Of a DNA stretch of 64,000 nt, positions 23,201 to 34,996 are shown piece after piece (the first letter of the stretch is position 1; each line of letters opens with the position of its first letter). The stretch spans positions 1 through 64,000 of the forward strand of contig NIVC01000387.1 in assembly GCA_002269645.1 (NCBI GenBank), in the 5' to 3' direction. Below the pieces are notes generated by a model, which saw nothing but the letters and a program-made list of their open reading frames with translations, did not search any database and was not told the origin of the DNA. The DNA is from Macrostomum lignano (taxonomy: Eukaryota). Made by a program: the position numbers and the translations under genes.

Positions 23201-23742
23201 TAAATTTCAACCAAAATAGCAAGAAGCCCAAATATAGATTAGAAAGAACTTATCAACTTATATCTAGTCATTAATAGCCTATCCTAGCCTTTTAACTAAA
23301 AATAATATATCCCTGCCATTTTAAAGTAGACCAGAACAAGTCAATTGGCCTATATTTACTATATATTACAGTGCAATTCAATTCTAACAATGAAATAGGC
23401 CTAGTTGCTTGATATCAAAGGTAGCTTTTTGAACTAGGCCTATTAGGGCCTAGTCAATTAGTCCAGTTGTGTCTAAGCCTAGTAAAGATTAACTACTTGC
23501 TAATGCTTAACAATAATGAAATGGCTTAGTATTAAACTGTAACGAATCTTGTACTTAACCTTACCCTAGCCTAAAACTAAAATAGTCTAGGCCCTTAGCT
23601 CATTTTAAATCGACGGCAATTTTACCAGCCGATTGAATATATTAGTCCGCTTTAGTAGGCCTTACGAACATGATCTTTGAACACAGAACTTGTTCACAAC
23701 AGCCTTAAAGGCGGTCAGCGATCATGTTCAATTTGGCTTTAT
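20215..23742 (-). repeat. Right inverted arm (~3.5 kb)
   Basis: Reverse complement of 10939-13314, with ~1.15 kb of extra G-rich repeat (~21130-22262). Its 61/63-bp array lies at ~20234-20642. Confidence 0.92.
20930..22400 (+). repeat. G-rich degenerate repeat (gggaggggtaggct / gggaagggtagcct)
   Basis: Dense GGG/GGGG runs separated by 1-7 nt; the C-rich mirror lies at ~12300-12620. Confidence 0.9.
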
Positions 23743-25328
23743 CCGTGTCAACAGGGCTGTGCATGGTTTAAATTTATCATATAGGGTGTGTAGCTAATAG
23801 ACTCTATAAGGGGTCAATTGGACCATTGGGTCCAATTAAAAAAAGTTCAAAGGATCGAGCGCTGCTCGGTCGAGTGCAATAGTATTAAAAATATAGTCGT
23901 CCAAGCAAATCGGGGCTTGGGCATGAGGAATGCCGAATTCAAAGCGATTCAAAGTTGACCCTATTAAGATAGCGAAGAGTCAAGGAAGGCGTGAGCTACA
24001 TGTGTAGGTAGTTTATGACCATTCGATGACCCCTGAACACAAAAAACATTCCCGGCTATGCACACAGTTGTACGTCAGGCTCTGATATGGTAACGAAAAA
24101 TAATCATCTACATGTACAAATTTAAATACTTTAGAATGAGCGGCGTATAGTCTAACACAATTACATGTATACATGCATGGGAATCATTTCAAATTTGAGT
24201 TGTTTTGAATTCGATATGTATAGTAGAGTACTATATCCCACCAACATGTAAGATACATGCTTTAAACCAAGGACCTGCAGTATATAGTTGGTTACTATCG
24301 ATCGAAATGAAAATGAACGAAAATGTACCCTATCGATCAGTACCATGCATTACAAAAATGTTACCATATAGCTTTCAATGTTCATGCATGTATGCACCCA
24401 AAATTTATTATCGGCCTCAGTAAATACATTGTACATGTACACATTAGTATCAAATATATATATGCATCATATTCGCTATCAACAATTATCTCGTAATTCA
24501 AATTGAGTTTAGGTATTCAGATATTCGATATTAGGTAGGTAATATAGACCGTTGGTAGGGTAATAATTAGGTATTCGATTGCGAACTTGTGTCTAAAGTA
24601 AGAATGAGCTTTTAGCATCCTGTTTTTTACATGCTTTTTTCTGACTAGTTTTTATCTTACTTGTAACCTTTTGAAATAATACTTTAATTTAGAAAATCTT
24701 GTTTTAAATAATATTTCTCCGTGTTTAAAAATGTCTGACTGAAATTGTTTTTTTCTAAAACGTGCTTACTCAAATATTTTTAAGCAATTTTGACTCGCAG
24801 CCTACTGACCTAGCATGCTTAGCGTTTAGGTCATCAAGGGCAAATGCTCGGTCATTTTTGTGTTTGAATTACCAGTAAACTTTAGCCAGGCAACCCGTAA
24901 TTTTTCCACTGTGTCCGCTGTTTATTGTTTAATATTCTAATATATAGTCTATAATATAGTACGCAGCGACAGCGCATCTTTGTTGTTAAGTTAGATTCGC
25001 AGTTTTTTAGTTGTGACAGGGTCTGGTCTGGTCTACCAATTCTTAATTCCATATAGTTTTCTGCAGCCTTCAAAATACAAAACAATCTGAAAGGTTAGTG
25101 CCTCAGTATCCTTAATTGGCCTAACTTAACTATTTAAACTTTTATTGTTTCAAGACTAAAATTGATTTGTATTCTAAATAGCACTAGCAGTGCCTGGTCT
25201 TATCATAATTATATAGACCTAATGAATTATAGTAGACCTATTGTTTAGCATGGTTGCCTGCCAACATTTTGGTGTTTGAGCAATCTAGTTTTTTCATGTT
25301 TAATTACTTTATAAAAATAAGGGTGCTG

Positions 25329-26005
25329 GTAAACTTGTCAACTTTTTTTGTCAACTGGCCTAGCTGTATGGTGAATTCATCAACTGGTAAATTCCTCAGC
25401 ACAGTACAGTATGTGTAGCTGGCTCAGTGCACAGATAAAACAGATTCATAAAAACAATAAGCCAAGCCATGTCATTGCAATGCTAATTTTTAGGCACAGT
25501 GCATGACAATTGTCAATTGTGACTGCCTGCCTTTAATGTTGCTAGATTGGCAGATTGTCTATTACTGCAGAATGTCTTTTTGCTAGATTGACTGGATAAG
25601 GGACAGTAGCGCACTGTAGCTCCTAGCAGTCTGCCATATACAATATAAAATTAAACATAAATTAAATATAAAACAATATAAAAACCTTAAGATACATTAA
25701 GATAAAACAATAAAATTTCAAATAATGGAACTAAGAATCTTCCATTTCAATAACTATACAAATCATATAATCAATTTTATTAAATTAGTTTTAATAAATG
25801 TAATTTAACAAAAAATATTACTTAATAAGTTAATTAGCTTTTGATGCATACATAAATTCAAACCTTAATACTTTTGCTTCTGTTTCCATCTGTTTCTATC
25901 TCTTATTTCTATACACGTCATTATACTGTATAACAGTTACACAAATATGCAAACAGTGATAAACTTGTTAACATAGTTGACAAATAAAAAGTTGATGAGT
26001 TTACC
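25329..26005. mobile_element. Possible degenerate MITE with ~30-bp imperfect inverted ends
   Basis: ggtaaacttgtcaactttttttgtcaact versus agttgacaaataaaaagttgatgagtttacc; no TSD confirmed. Confidence 0.4.
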
Positions 26006-26830
26006 CGGATCCAAAAATAATGGCAATCCTCTAGCCCCCTTGCAAATTCCAAAAATGAATTTGTTCAACTAAAATTTTTTTTCAAGTAAGTTTATAGAAT
26101 AATCTTCTATCCTAAATTGAAATTAGCTTTTTTAGAATAATTTTTTTAAAATATAATTACACCATTTAATTTTGATTTTTGTATGGTAATTAGGCTTATT
26201 GTACTTTTTGTGTACTTTTAATTGGTGATAAACTATTTGTTTGATTGACTAGGCTTAGTGACTTAAATATACATTTTCTTGTATTATTTATTCAATCAAA
26301 TTTATTTCAAATCAAATCAAATCAGCCTTTTCTACTTTAGCATAAAAGATTATGAGCTACTTTTAATTGAAAAATCATTTTTAGTATTTTTGTTTAAAAT
26401 ATATGCTGATAGTAATTCTATAGAGTTTATAGTGATGTATTTCAAGTTCTTATATAGTTGAGTTATATTATTTAATACTTACTTGAAGTATTCAAGTTAT
26501 TTCTTTAGCAATCAAGTATATATATATATATACATATATATATATGTTATGTTATGTTATAAATAATATAACTCATTAATATAAGTATTAATGATAATAG
26601 TAACTACAACTACTACTAACTACTTACTTCTTCAACTTAGCTCAAGTTCATGCAAAGTTTATGCTTGATTGCATATTGTCTAATTTATCATGTCACTAGG
26701 CAACTGGTTTTAATATCTAATTTAAATAGAAGTCAGATATAGATATAGCTATTGTTTAGGGCGTTGTAGATACCCAGCCTAAAATCCTGCCCCCCTCATT
26801 TGCTCATTGCTCCCGTCCACCATATCGCAG

Positions 26831-28072
26831 ATGATGTCCATGCAGCAGCGGCTCGAGCTGGAGCGCCGGAACAAAGAACCGGCCAACATCACCGAGTTGA
26901 ATTTGGACAACTGCAAGGCTAGCGCGCTGGAGGGCCTCACGGACGAGTATGTGAATCTGGAAACCCTCAGCCTCATCAATGTCGGCCTGCAGAGCCTGGC
27001 TGGCTTCCCCACCCTGCCCAAGCTGCGCCGCCTCGAGCTGTCAGATAATCGGCTGCTGGACGGCCTGCAACACCTGGCCGGATGTCCGGCCCTCGCCCAG
27101 CTGAACCTCAGCGGCAACCGCATTCGCGATCTGGACGCCCTGAAGCCGCTGGCCAGCCTTAAAAAGCTTCGGACCCTCGACTTGTACGGCTGCGTCGTCA
27201 CTGAAGCTGAGGGCTACAGGTATTCAAGCTTTCAAATCTTGATTTGCATACCTGCTTACCTGCGCTGAGAGACCGGGTGGATAGCTGCACTTAAGGACGG
27301 GCCGGGGCGAATAGCAGCTGTCTGCACTCAAGGACCAGGGGATAGCTGCTGTTTGCACTCAAGGACCAGGGGATAGCTGCACTCAAGGACCAGGGATTCC
27401 TTCATCCCAGGACCTTGGACCAGGGAGTCAGGGACCTTGGACCAGGGAGTCAGGGACCTTGGACCAGGGAGTCAGGGACCTTGGACCAGGCATTAAGGAG
27501 ATGGCACCACAAGGGGTTTATCCCGTCACCTTTAAATAAGGCGTCAAGAAGCCGATGCGAGTTGTACGAGAATCTGTTATCACCCGCCCGCCAGGGACTC
27601 TGTGTTTGGCCTGCTACCGCATGTCGAATTCCTCGACGGCCTAGACGCCGAGGGCCAGGAGTGCGAGGAGGACGACGACGAAGACGACGGAGAGGCCGGC
27701 GGCGAAGGCGAGGAGCACTACGCCAACGGCGAATACGGCGAAGAGGAAGACGATGAGGAGGACGAAGAGGAAGACGAGGAGGAAGAGGTCGATCTGGCCT
27801 ACCTGCAGCGCGACGACGTCGACGACGAGGAAGAGGACGACGAGTTCGACCCCGAGGCAGACGGCGGCGAGGACGACGATGATGACATCGACGAAGATGA
27901 TGAGGAAGAGGAGGGCGCCAACAGCTCAGCTGCCTCGGGCTCCAAGTCGAAGGGCGGCAAAGTGGGGGCCGCTGACGTCTCCGCCGCAGCCGGTGATGTC
28001 AATGACGAGGCTTCGTCGAGTCGACGCGGCACCAAGCGGAAGCACGAAGGCGAGGATGGTGGCGACGACTGA
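26831..28072 (+). CDS. ANP32A: Acidic leucine-rich nuclear phosphoprotein 32 (ANP32/mapmodulin), two exons, 288 aa
   Basis: Exons 26831-27219 and 27595-28072, phase-2 GT-AG intron. N-terminal LRRs (ELNLDNCK, RLELSDNRL, LNLSGNRIRD, LDLYGC, LPHVEFLDG), acidic tail and C-terminal KRKH NLS. AATAAA near 28559. Confidence 0.95.
27290..27495 (+). repeat. Intronic short tandem repeats in ANP32
   Basis: gatagctgcactcaaggaccaggg variants, then 22-bp ggaccttggaccagggagtcag x3. Confidence 0.85.
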
Positions 28073-29004
28073 GGCGAGGGCTGCCGCCGCTTGCCCGGGG
28101 GCTCTGAGATGGGGGAGGCTCATGCTAGTTTTTCTGCGTACCAAACTGATAGTCACTTTCTCATTGAGTTTAAGCGCTGCGCATGCTACTAACTGCAGTA
28201 GTGCGCGCGCTTTTCAATTCACTCTTCTCGACTTTTGTCCCCCCCCCATCGACCGCCTCTCCTGACCTGCCCAGCCCCGCCTCCGTACTGTGTATTGTGA
28301 AGCTTGTATGTGCAGCTATTTTACACTTGCGTGCTGATAATAGTAGGTACTGCAGTGCATCGCCCCGCGTGTTATTTATCTGTTTATTACTCGTATTCCT
28401 GTGCAGTTTACTGTTTATAGTTTATATTTCCTTTTTTGCAGTCCCAGTGCCGGCTGTCCGCCGCCAATAGCCGGTCCCGATCTCAGCAAATCCCCGTGTG
28501 TTTTACCTGCGCATTAAAATTAAGCCGAATTTGTTGCGTTTCGAGTTTTTCCCGCTATAATAAAGCGAATGGTTGCTTATGTTTACTACTCACCAAGCAG
28601 TAGCAGTAGTCTGCGAGCCTGTAATTCAGTAAGGCTATTTTTTCAATACATTTTTCCCAGACACCGGCTTCCGACCGAATTCTCTGATTTAAGAATTCCC
28701 TGTGTCTGTCTCGACTTCTGACTCGACCGAGCACTCATATTTTTAAGTCTCCCAATGTGCTGCACATTTTCTATGTAAATACATGGGCCTTTTGTCACTC
28801 GCGCACTTTATGTCATCGTTGCTTTATTCGCTGGTAGCGTTTTAAAACTATTCTTTTATTTGTACACACTGTCTGTCGTTTAAAGAGCTTCTTATGACTA
28901 AAAACCTCTGGCGCACCCGTCGGCTGCTTGGACTCTGTGGGAATGCAGTTTGGCAGTCTGTAAAAAGGGACTCGGAATTTGCTCAGTGGCCAAAATCCCG
29001 GGCC

Positions 29005-29560
29005 CTCGGGTTCGGCCTCCACCCCGTGTCCTCAGGTTCGGCCTCCACCCCGTGTCCTCAGGTTCGGCCTCCACCCCGTGTCCTCAGGTTCGGCCTCCAC
29101 CCCGTGTCCTCAGGTTCGGCCTCCACCCCGTGTCCTCAGGTTCGGCCTCCACCCCGTGTCCTCAGGTTCGGCCTCCACCCCGTGTCCTCAGGTTCGGCCT
29201 CCACCCCGTGTCCTCAGGTTCAGTCTCCATCCCGGATCCCCCGGATCCTCAGGTTCAGTCTCCATCCCGGATCCCCCGGGTCCTCCGGTTCAGCCTCCCT
29301 CCCCGTGTCCTCAGATTCAGCCTCCATCCTGGGTCCTCCGGTTCAGCCTCCATCCCGGATCCCCCGGATCCTCAGGTTCAGTCTCCATCCCGGATCCCCC
29401 GGGTCCTCCGGTTCAGCCTCCCTCCCCGTGTCCTCAGATTCAGCCTCCATCCTGGGTCCTCCGGTTCAGCCTCCATCCCGGATCCCCCGGATCCTCAGGT
29501 TCAGCCTCTACCCCGGATCCCCCAGGTCTTCAGGTTCAGCCTCCATCCGGGTGCTTATAT
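29005..29560 (+). repeat. 26-bp minisatellite grading into a higher-order variant array
   Basis: caggttcggcctccaccccgtgtcct about 8 copies, then catcccggatcccccgg-containing variants. Confidence 0.93.
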
Positions 29561-29720
29561 TCAGCCTCAACTTTAGATCCTCGGGTTCAGTCTAAAATCC
29601 CTAATCTCGAAGTTCCCAAATCCCATCTGGTCAGGCCTATTATTTGTGACCCACCCAAGCAATCCTGAGGCTCATGGACACGCGCTCTGCAGCCGTATTT
29701 GCACTGCTTTTGCAGCCGCC

Positions 29721-30299
29721 ATGACCCCCTGGCTGGCCTCGCTGTCCGCCCTGCTGGCCGGAGTGCTGGCCGGCTGGCTCGCCCGGTCTCGGTTTGGCGG
29801 CACCGCTGGCGACGGCGATGCGCCTCCAGCAGCGGCCGAGTCCGGGGCGCCGGCCGCGTCGGACTCCTGGGACAGCGACAGCGCCGGAGAAGACAGCAAC
29901 GATGGTGGCGGCGGCGGCGGCGGCGGCGACTTCAGCGGCTACACGGAGTGGAAGATGACGCTGGTGACCCGCACAGATCTGGGCATGTCCCGCGGCAAGT
30001 CGGCCGCCCAGTGCGCCCACGCCGCCGTCGGCTGCTACCGGCGGGCGCAGCGGGCGGACCCGGCCTCGCTGGCCAAGTGGCTCCGCACCGGCCAGCAGAA
30101 GGTGGCGCTGCGGGCCGACGGCGACGAGAACCGGCTGTACGAACTGCAGGCGATCGCGCACTCGCTAGGCCTGGTGGCTGTGGTCATCCACGACGCCGGC
30201 CGGACCCAGATCGCTGCCGGCTCGGCCACCGTGCTGGGCATCGGGCCCGGGCCTTCGCCCGTCATTGACCAGGTCACCGGGCACCTCAAGCTGCTGTAG
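29721..30299 (+). CDS. PTRH2: Peptidyl-tRNA hydrolase 2 (PTH2/Bit1), 192 aa, single coding exon
   Basis: N-terminal hydrophobic anchor, then KMTLVTRTDLGMSRGKSAAQCAHA, GQQKVAL and HDAGRTQIAAGSATVLGIGP...IDQVTGHLKLL. ATG 29721 has gccgcc context; the ORF track's TTG start runs out of the upstream repeat. Confidence 0.95.
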   Translation: MTPWLASLSALLAGVLAGWLARSRFGGTAGDGDAPPAAAESGAPAASDSWDSDSAGEDSNDGGGGGGGGDFSGYTEWKMTLVTRTDLGMSRGKSAAQCAHAAVGCYRRAQRADPASLAKWLRTGQQKVALRADGDENRLYELQAIAHSLGLVAVVIHDAGRTQIAAGSATVLGIGPGPSPVIDQVTGHLKLL

Positions 30300-32299
30300 C
30301 TGATGAGACCAAAATAGCTTATTTGCCGCAAATTTGCTGCCACGCCATCTGTCGCCACAAGGAATCAGCAGATTAGGCAATAATTTGCAGCTCAGCCTGC
30401 CGTGCTTGCTGGCTAAGTTAATCCTAGACCTGCGCTTCTACATTGACTGTCGAGTCACTCAGTGCGAAATATACCGCTGTGCCACTCCGCTGTTCCTTTG
30501 TGACTCTACTGTAAGCACAGCTTGCGTGTTTGTAAATCATTGCTAGTTTTTGGTATTTGTTCTTTATAAGCTAACTATTGTAATTACTAATTCGACCTTT
30601 ACTGTCGGTGCCCTGCTGCCTGGTTGGGCGGCAGTGAGTAGGGCGGGATTCAGTCAGGCCTCTTGAAATGAAAAGTCTGCTTGCCCTATCGACTCCTGAT
30701 CGTTATGAAGTGCAGCATGGACTGGGACTGCAGAACAACAGACCTGCACCGCGTTTCTCCATTACAGCTGCCGGAAGCAGCGGAAGTGAGGGCCAGCTTT
30801 GCGAGAATTTGAATAAAGAATTCTTTAAGAGTTCAAGCGTGTTGCGTGCAGCTCAGTGGCGCAGGCCGGTCTTTGAGTGCTCACAGCAATCTTAGAATGC
30901 TTCACAATGCTCCTCAAAAGAATTGGCTTAGAATCGAGCCTCGCATTACACTCGAGTGAGCAAAGCGAGTATTTTTACCTCGATTAATTAGCATTCAGCA
31001 ATGGCAATAGCCTATCAGATGAATTGATTTCGCTTGGCGATCTGCACTCATAATATACTTGCCGTTCATCAAAGGGGATCACATGCCGCGGATGCTGTCT
31101 GTAGTCTCCCGATTAATTAACTTATCGTCGCCTGAGTAGCAATTCTGGGATGAAGCTTCGTCATGAGACAATGGACTGCACAGTTCTATAAAGGCAGGGT
31201 CAGTCATGGCTAATGTAGGTGGGCCTATTAGCGCCAGCATAGGCGGATTAGCTGGCGTCCATCCCAGAATTCCTATATTACTTTTCCTAATTACAATGGA
31301 TTATCTGCGAGGCTTCATCATCCACTGTTCAACAGATATTTCTTCAATTAAAGCAGCCACAAAGCTGTCTTGAGCCTGCATCGCTGATCCCCTTTCTTGC
31401 CCGATATCTGCAAAAGTGCAATTGTGCATAAACAGACAGCAGCTCTCTGTTTCTCCCCGTCTTCTCCCTTGCTTGCTGCCCCAGCTGAAGATAAGCATAA
31501 TAAGTAGCCGGCCGTGGTACTAGGTTCGAGGTCGGACTCCGCCTGCACTCTCGAACTCGTCGCGTTTCACGTGACGCGCTCGAGTTTTTCAACACAACAG
31601 CTGATTGCTTGACCCCATGCTAGTCATTTTTCTAGCCCACAATTACTTTCCACAGCCAGTCCGTCCATCTTCTCTGCAACAGAGATTTCACTGAACTCCC
31701 TTGCGGCTAGGAAATTTAATCGCTGATCCATCCAGTCGCTCATTCTCCATACTTGAAAGCTGTGTGGGGTTGGGAGAAGAGTCGAGTTGCCTGCAAGAGT
31801 TGCAGCACACTGGAGTGGATGCGGAACGGAACACATGCGGAATTCTCCCACATCGCAGTGCTATGATGAAACCCGGAGGCCATGGAATTGATCGGTTCTG
31901 AGAATTTACTTTCTTTACTAACTATGCAGCATGGCAAAACTCGCTCCATCTCTGCGCGTTCAGAAGTACTTTATGGTATTGGAACTTCTTTGGTACCTAT
32001 TTAGCAAGTCATTCGAGAGCCGTACCTCACAAAACAGGAATACAATTCTTTTTTATGTTTGTCAATGCCTTCCTAATAGCAGCAGTCGATTAAGACTGGG
32101 TTTCTTGCATCCCATGTTCTCATTAATACATTTATGTGTTTGAATAACGTAAACCTGCAGACACCAGAAACTTTTGTGAAGTTTAAGCCACTTTAGCCTG
32201 TTCCATATTACTACAGTGTACCTGTTTGGACTAAGACCGTATTCACTGTTTGCCTTGCATCAGTTCCAAGTATAGACTCAGTTAAGGTCTTTTAAAACG

Positions 32300-32866
32300 T
32301 ATTAATCGCGGCGTCACAGGGGCGCCTCTCATATTCCACGCCACCGACCGAACCCGGGGCGGCGAGCAGCAAGCCGCGTCAACTTGCTGTTCGAGAAAAT
32401 CCGTCAGCGTCCATGCAGGTCTCGGCGTTGTAAAGCACGCCACGATGGTCGGGTCGGGTCACCATCACCGCCTGGCAGAACGCTGCTGAACGCCAAGACC
32501 TGGACGCTGACGGACTCACTCGAACAGCAAGTCGATGCGGCGCACGCTGGCCTGCTGCGCGCCGCCTTCAACATCGGCGTCGAGCGAGTCAACAACGCGG
32601 CACTCTATCGCCGCGCTGGCCTGCCACGTTCAAGCGATGTACTGCGCCGTCGGCGACTCCAGCTCGCAGGCCATCTCATCCGCGCCGAGTCGTACTGCCC
32701 ACAGCCGGTGCAGGAGGTGCTGCTGCTCACGCTGCAGGCACCCTACCGGCGAGGTCAAGCGCGAACTCGGCGTTATGTCGACTGTCTGCTGGCTGACGCC
32801 GGCGCCCCGGACACTGCCGGTGGCGCGGCCTTTGTTCGCGCCCAAGCCATGAAGCGCGCCCTGTGA
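32300..32866 (+). mobile_element. 5'-truncated RTE-type LINE 3' end with an inverted partial duplicate
   Basis: LLNAKTWTLTDSLEQQVDAAHAGLLRAAFNI...RRRRLQLAGHLIR...RRYVD is the post-RT region of RTE-clade ORF2. 32365-32449 is a diverged reverse-strand copy of its 5' part. Confidence 0.8.
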
Positions 32867-34996
32867 TGCTGACTTTTGCCATCCTGACAGCGTATTTTTT
32901 TTTGTTGTTGCCCTCTGTCTGTCAGGTAGGGCCATGGACAGCAGGATCGCCTTCACTGAACGAAAAGCAGTCCTCGGCTCCTGGTACTTCTGGTACTGCA
33001 TGCAATAATGCTCTGCAATGCTGCTTTTCTATATCTGCGATGCTGCATCGTGCTGATTCCTGGCTTGAATAGCTGTGGTTCCGATCGCAAAGCCAGTTAG
33101 GCATGCAAATTAGAAGCAGCCAAAGCGCTGCCGTACTTAGCGAATTAACGAATTCCTCTCGGCTCCAGCATTTGACAGTGACGAACGGCTCCGGTTGGTA
33201 TCCAATACAGGCTCTTGCCCCTTGGATAAAAATCCCAAGCCTTTCGCTTCTCTTGCTTCCTGAGCAGGAAGTTAGTCACTTCCCATGCAGTTGCATCAAT
33301 TTCTCCACCCACGCTTATCAGAAGCAAGCAGCGATCGAATGCGCGATCCGAGAGCTATCAATCGCATGTAGAATCCGCGCGAGGGAAAGATGGGTATGAG
33401 GCATCCGTGTTGGCCTCTGACATAGCCATGCGCGCAGCCTTATGAATTATTGATTTTGAGTAATATATTGAGACCAAAGATGATCCTTGAAAAGCTGCAT
33501 GGTTTGGCGTTTTGGAGCTCTAGTAGCGCTTTTTATTGCACAAACATCTTTTTCTGAGCTGACCGCCTGTGGGATCAGGAGCCCTGAGCATCAGGGGGAT
33601 TAAGGCACAGAGGACTTGCATTCGAAAAGTTGCTATTTGGCCAACTGCCTTGGGAGCAGCACGGAAATTTTAGGTTTAGCCCAAGAAATATTGCAACAAT
33701 CTTCTTGAATAAGAGAGAAGATAATGCACAGGTCGAATGCAAACACAGAAGCCTGCCCAGCGTGCCGAGATCGAGGCTTTTTATTCGCAACTGAGGCAAT
33801 AATATACAGCCGCAGCGGACTTCACAGCGAGAATTATTATCCAAGCAAATACGGGAGTTGGCGACCACGGCAAACAAAACTCAATGCCAGGTAGGTTGAT
33901 TCGAGCCACTCAGAAGACGGCGCGCGCGGAGGAAGCCTGGGCCTAATGCACCTGCACATGCAATGCCATTCAGGCTGGCACGGCGGTCGGCGCCTCCTCA
34001 GAGACCATCTGGCTGGCTGCATTCAAGCGTTTAAAAAGTGCTGCGCGCCATCGCTCAAAGTGCAGCAAGGAAACCGGACGGGGAGCCGGTCCAGGCGGCT
34101 CGGCTTTTACAGGATTCTGAAAGCCGTGGCTGTCCCCGCCTCTAATTATGGCCCAGGCATAGCGGATGCCGGCAAGACGGCGCGGATCGGAAGCGACTCC
34201 GCCTTGGCCTCACAGTCCGCCGAATCCGCTGCCCGGCCTGCTGTCCCTTTTCCGTGCTTGAAAGCCCCATTTCTGACGCATCAAATCCCCAGCGCCTGAC
34301 GTCTTTGGGCAGCCGCTACATCTTGACTTTGTACCGAATTGAATGTGAAGGAAAACAGAAACTTCTAGGCGTTCTTTCGCTAACATTTTTATAGCGTTAG
34401 GCTCTGATAAAGCTATAAATTATTTGATTAAATTCAAAGCTTGGCATTTTAGTTTGAGGAATTGGTTTTTACGACTTCACATGAAATTTAGACATTTTCT
34501 TTGTTTGATGTTTTTTTGTTTAAAATGTTTGATTTTGTTACTACGCTCGTACACTAGATGTACATGGCTGTATGCTGTCTGAGTTCGGATCTGGTGGCTT
34601 TTAGGCTTTCGGCCACCAGCTAAGTTGATTTTCAACGGAACAGAGGGCTGGTTCCTGAGAGAGACGCTTTATTGCGGCGCTCAGGAATCACCAGTCCCTC
34701 GCTGCATTCCCCAGAGGCCCGACCGGCCCTGACACGTCCCTTCGCATTGAGTAGCGGCGCTACTGAAATTTGATCTGCACACGGAGAATTGCCAATTGCA
34801 ATGGGCAGGATGAAGGAGAAGCGCGAGCAAGCCGCAGTGCGGCAGCCCATTGGCTAGCTCCGCCTCGTCGAATCAGGAACTGCCTGGTGGTTCATTAATA
34901 CTGAGGCAGCGCTGGCTAGTTTAAGCAGGAGACACCCTGCTGAAACCAGACACAAGAATAAAGCAGCAAACCGGATTTCGAAACCAATCAGACCCG

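Larger units (their letters stand above)
10939..23742. mobile_element. Foldback-like structure, ~12.8 kb, with long modular inverted arms
   Basis: 10939-13314 is the reverse complement of 20215-23742: near-identical in the outer ~350 bp and inner ~700 bp, more diverged in the AT-rich middle. Arms are modular: AT-rich block, C/G-rich repeats, 61/63-bp array. No clean TSD or internal transposase found. Confidence 0.75.

Noticed and set aside
10915-23754. ccgtgttgacag / ccgtgtcaacag as a TSD for the foldback
   Set aside because: 10/12 match, but offset 12 bp from the left arm, and it can equally be read as a degenerate extension of the inverted repeat.
10890-23760. Polinton/Maverick interpretation of the long inverted repeats
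   Set aside because: No polB, integrase, ATPase or capsid ORFs inside; the agtagtag near 10890 has no mirror at the right end; no 6-bp TSD.
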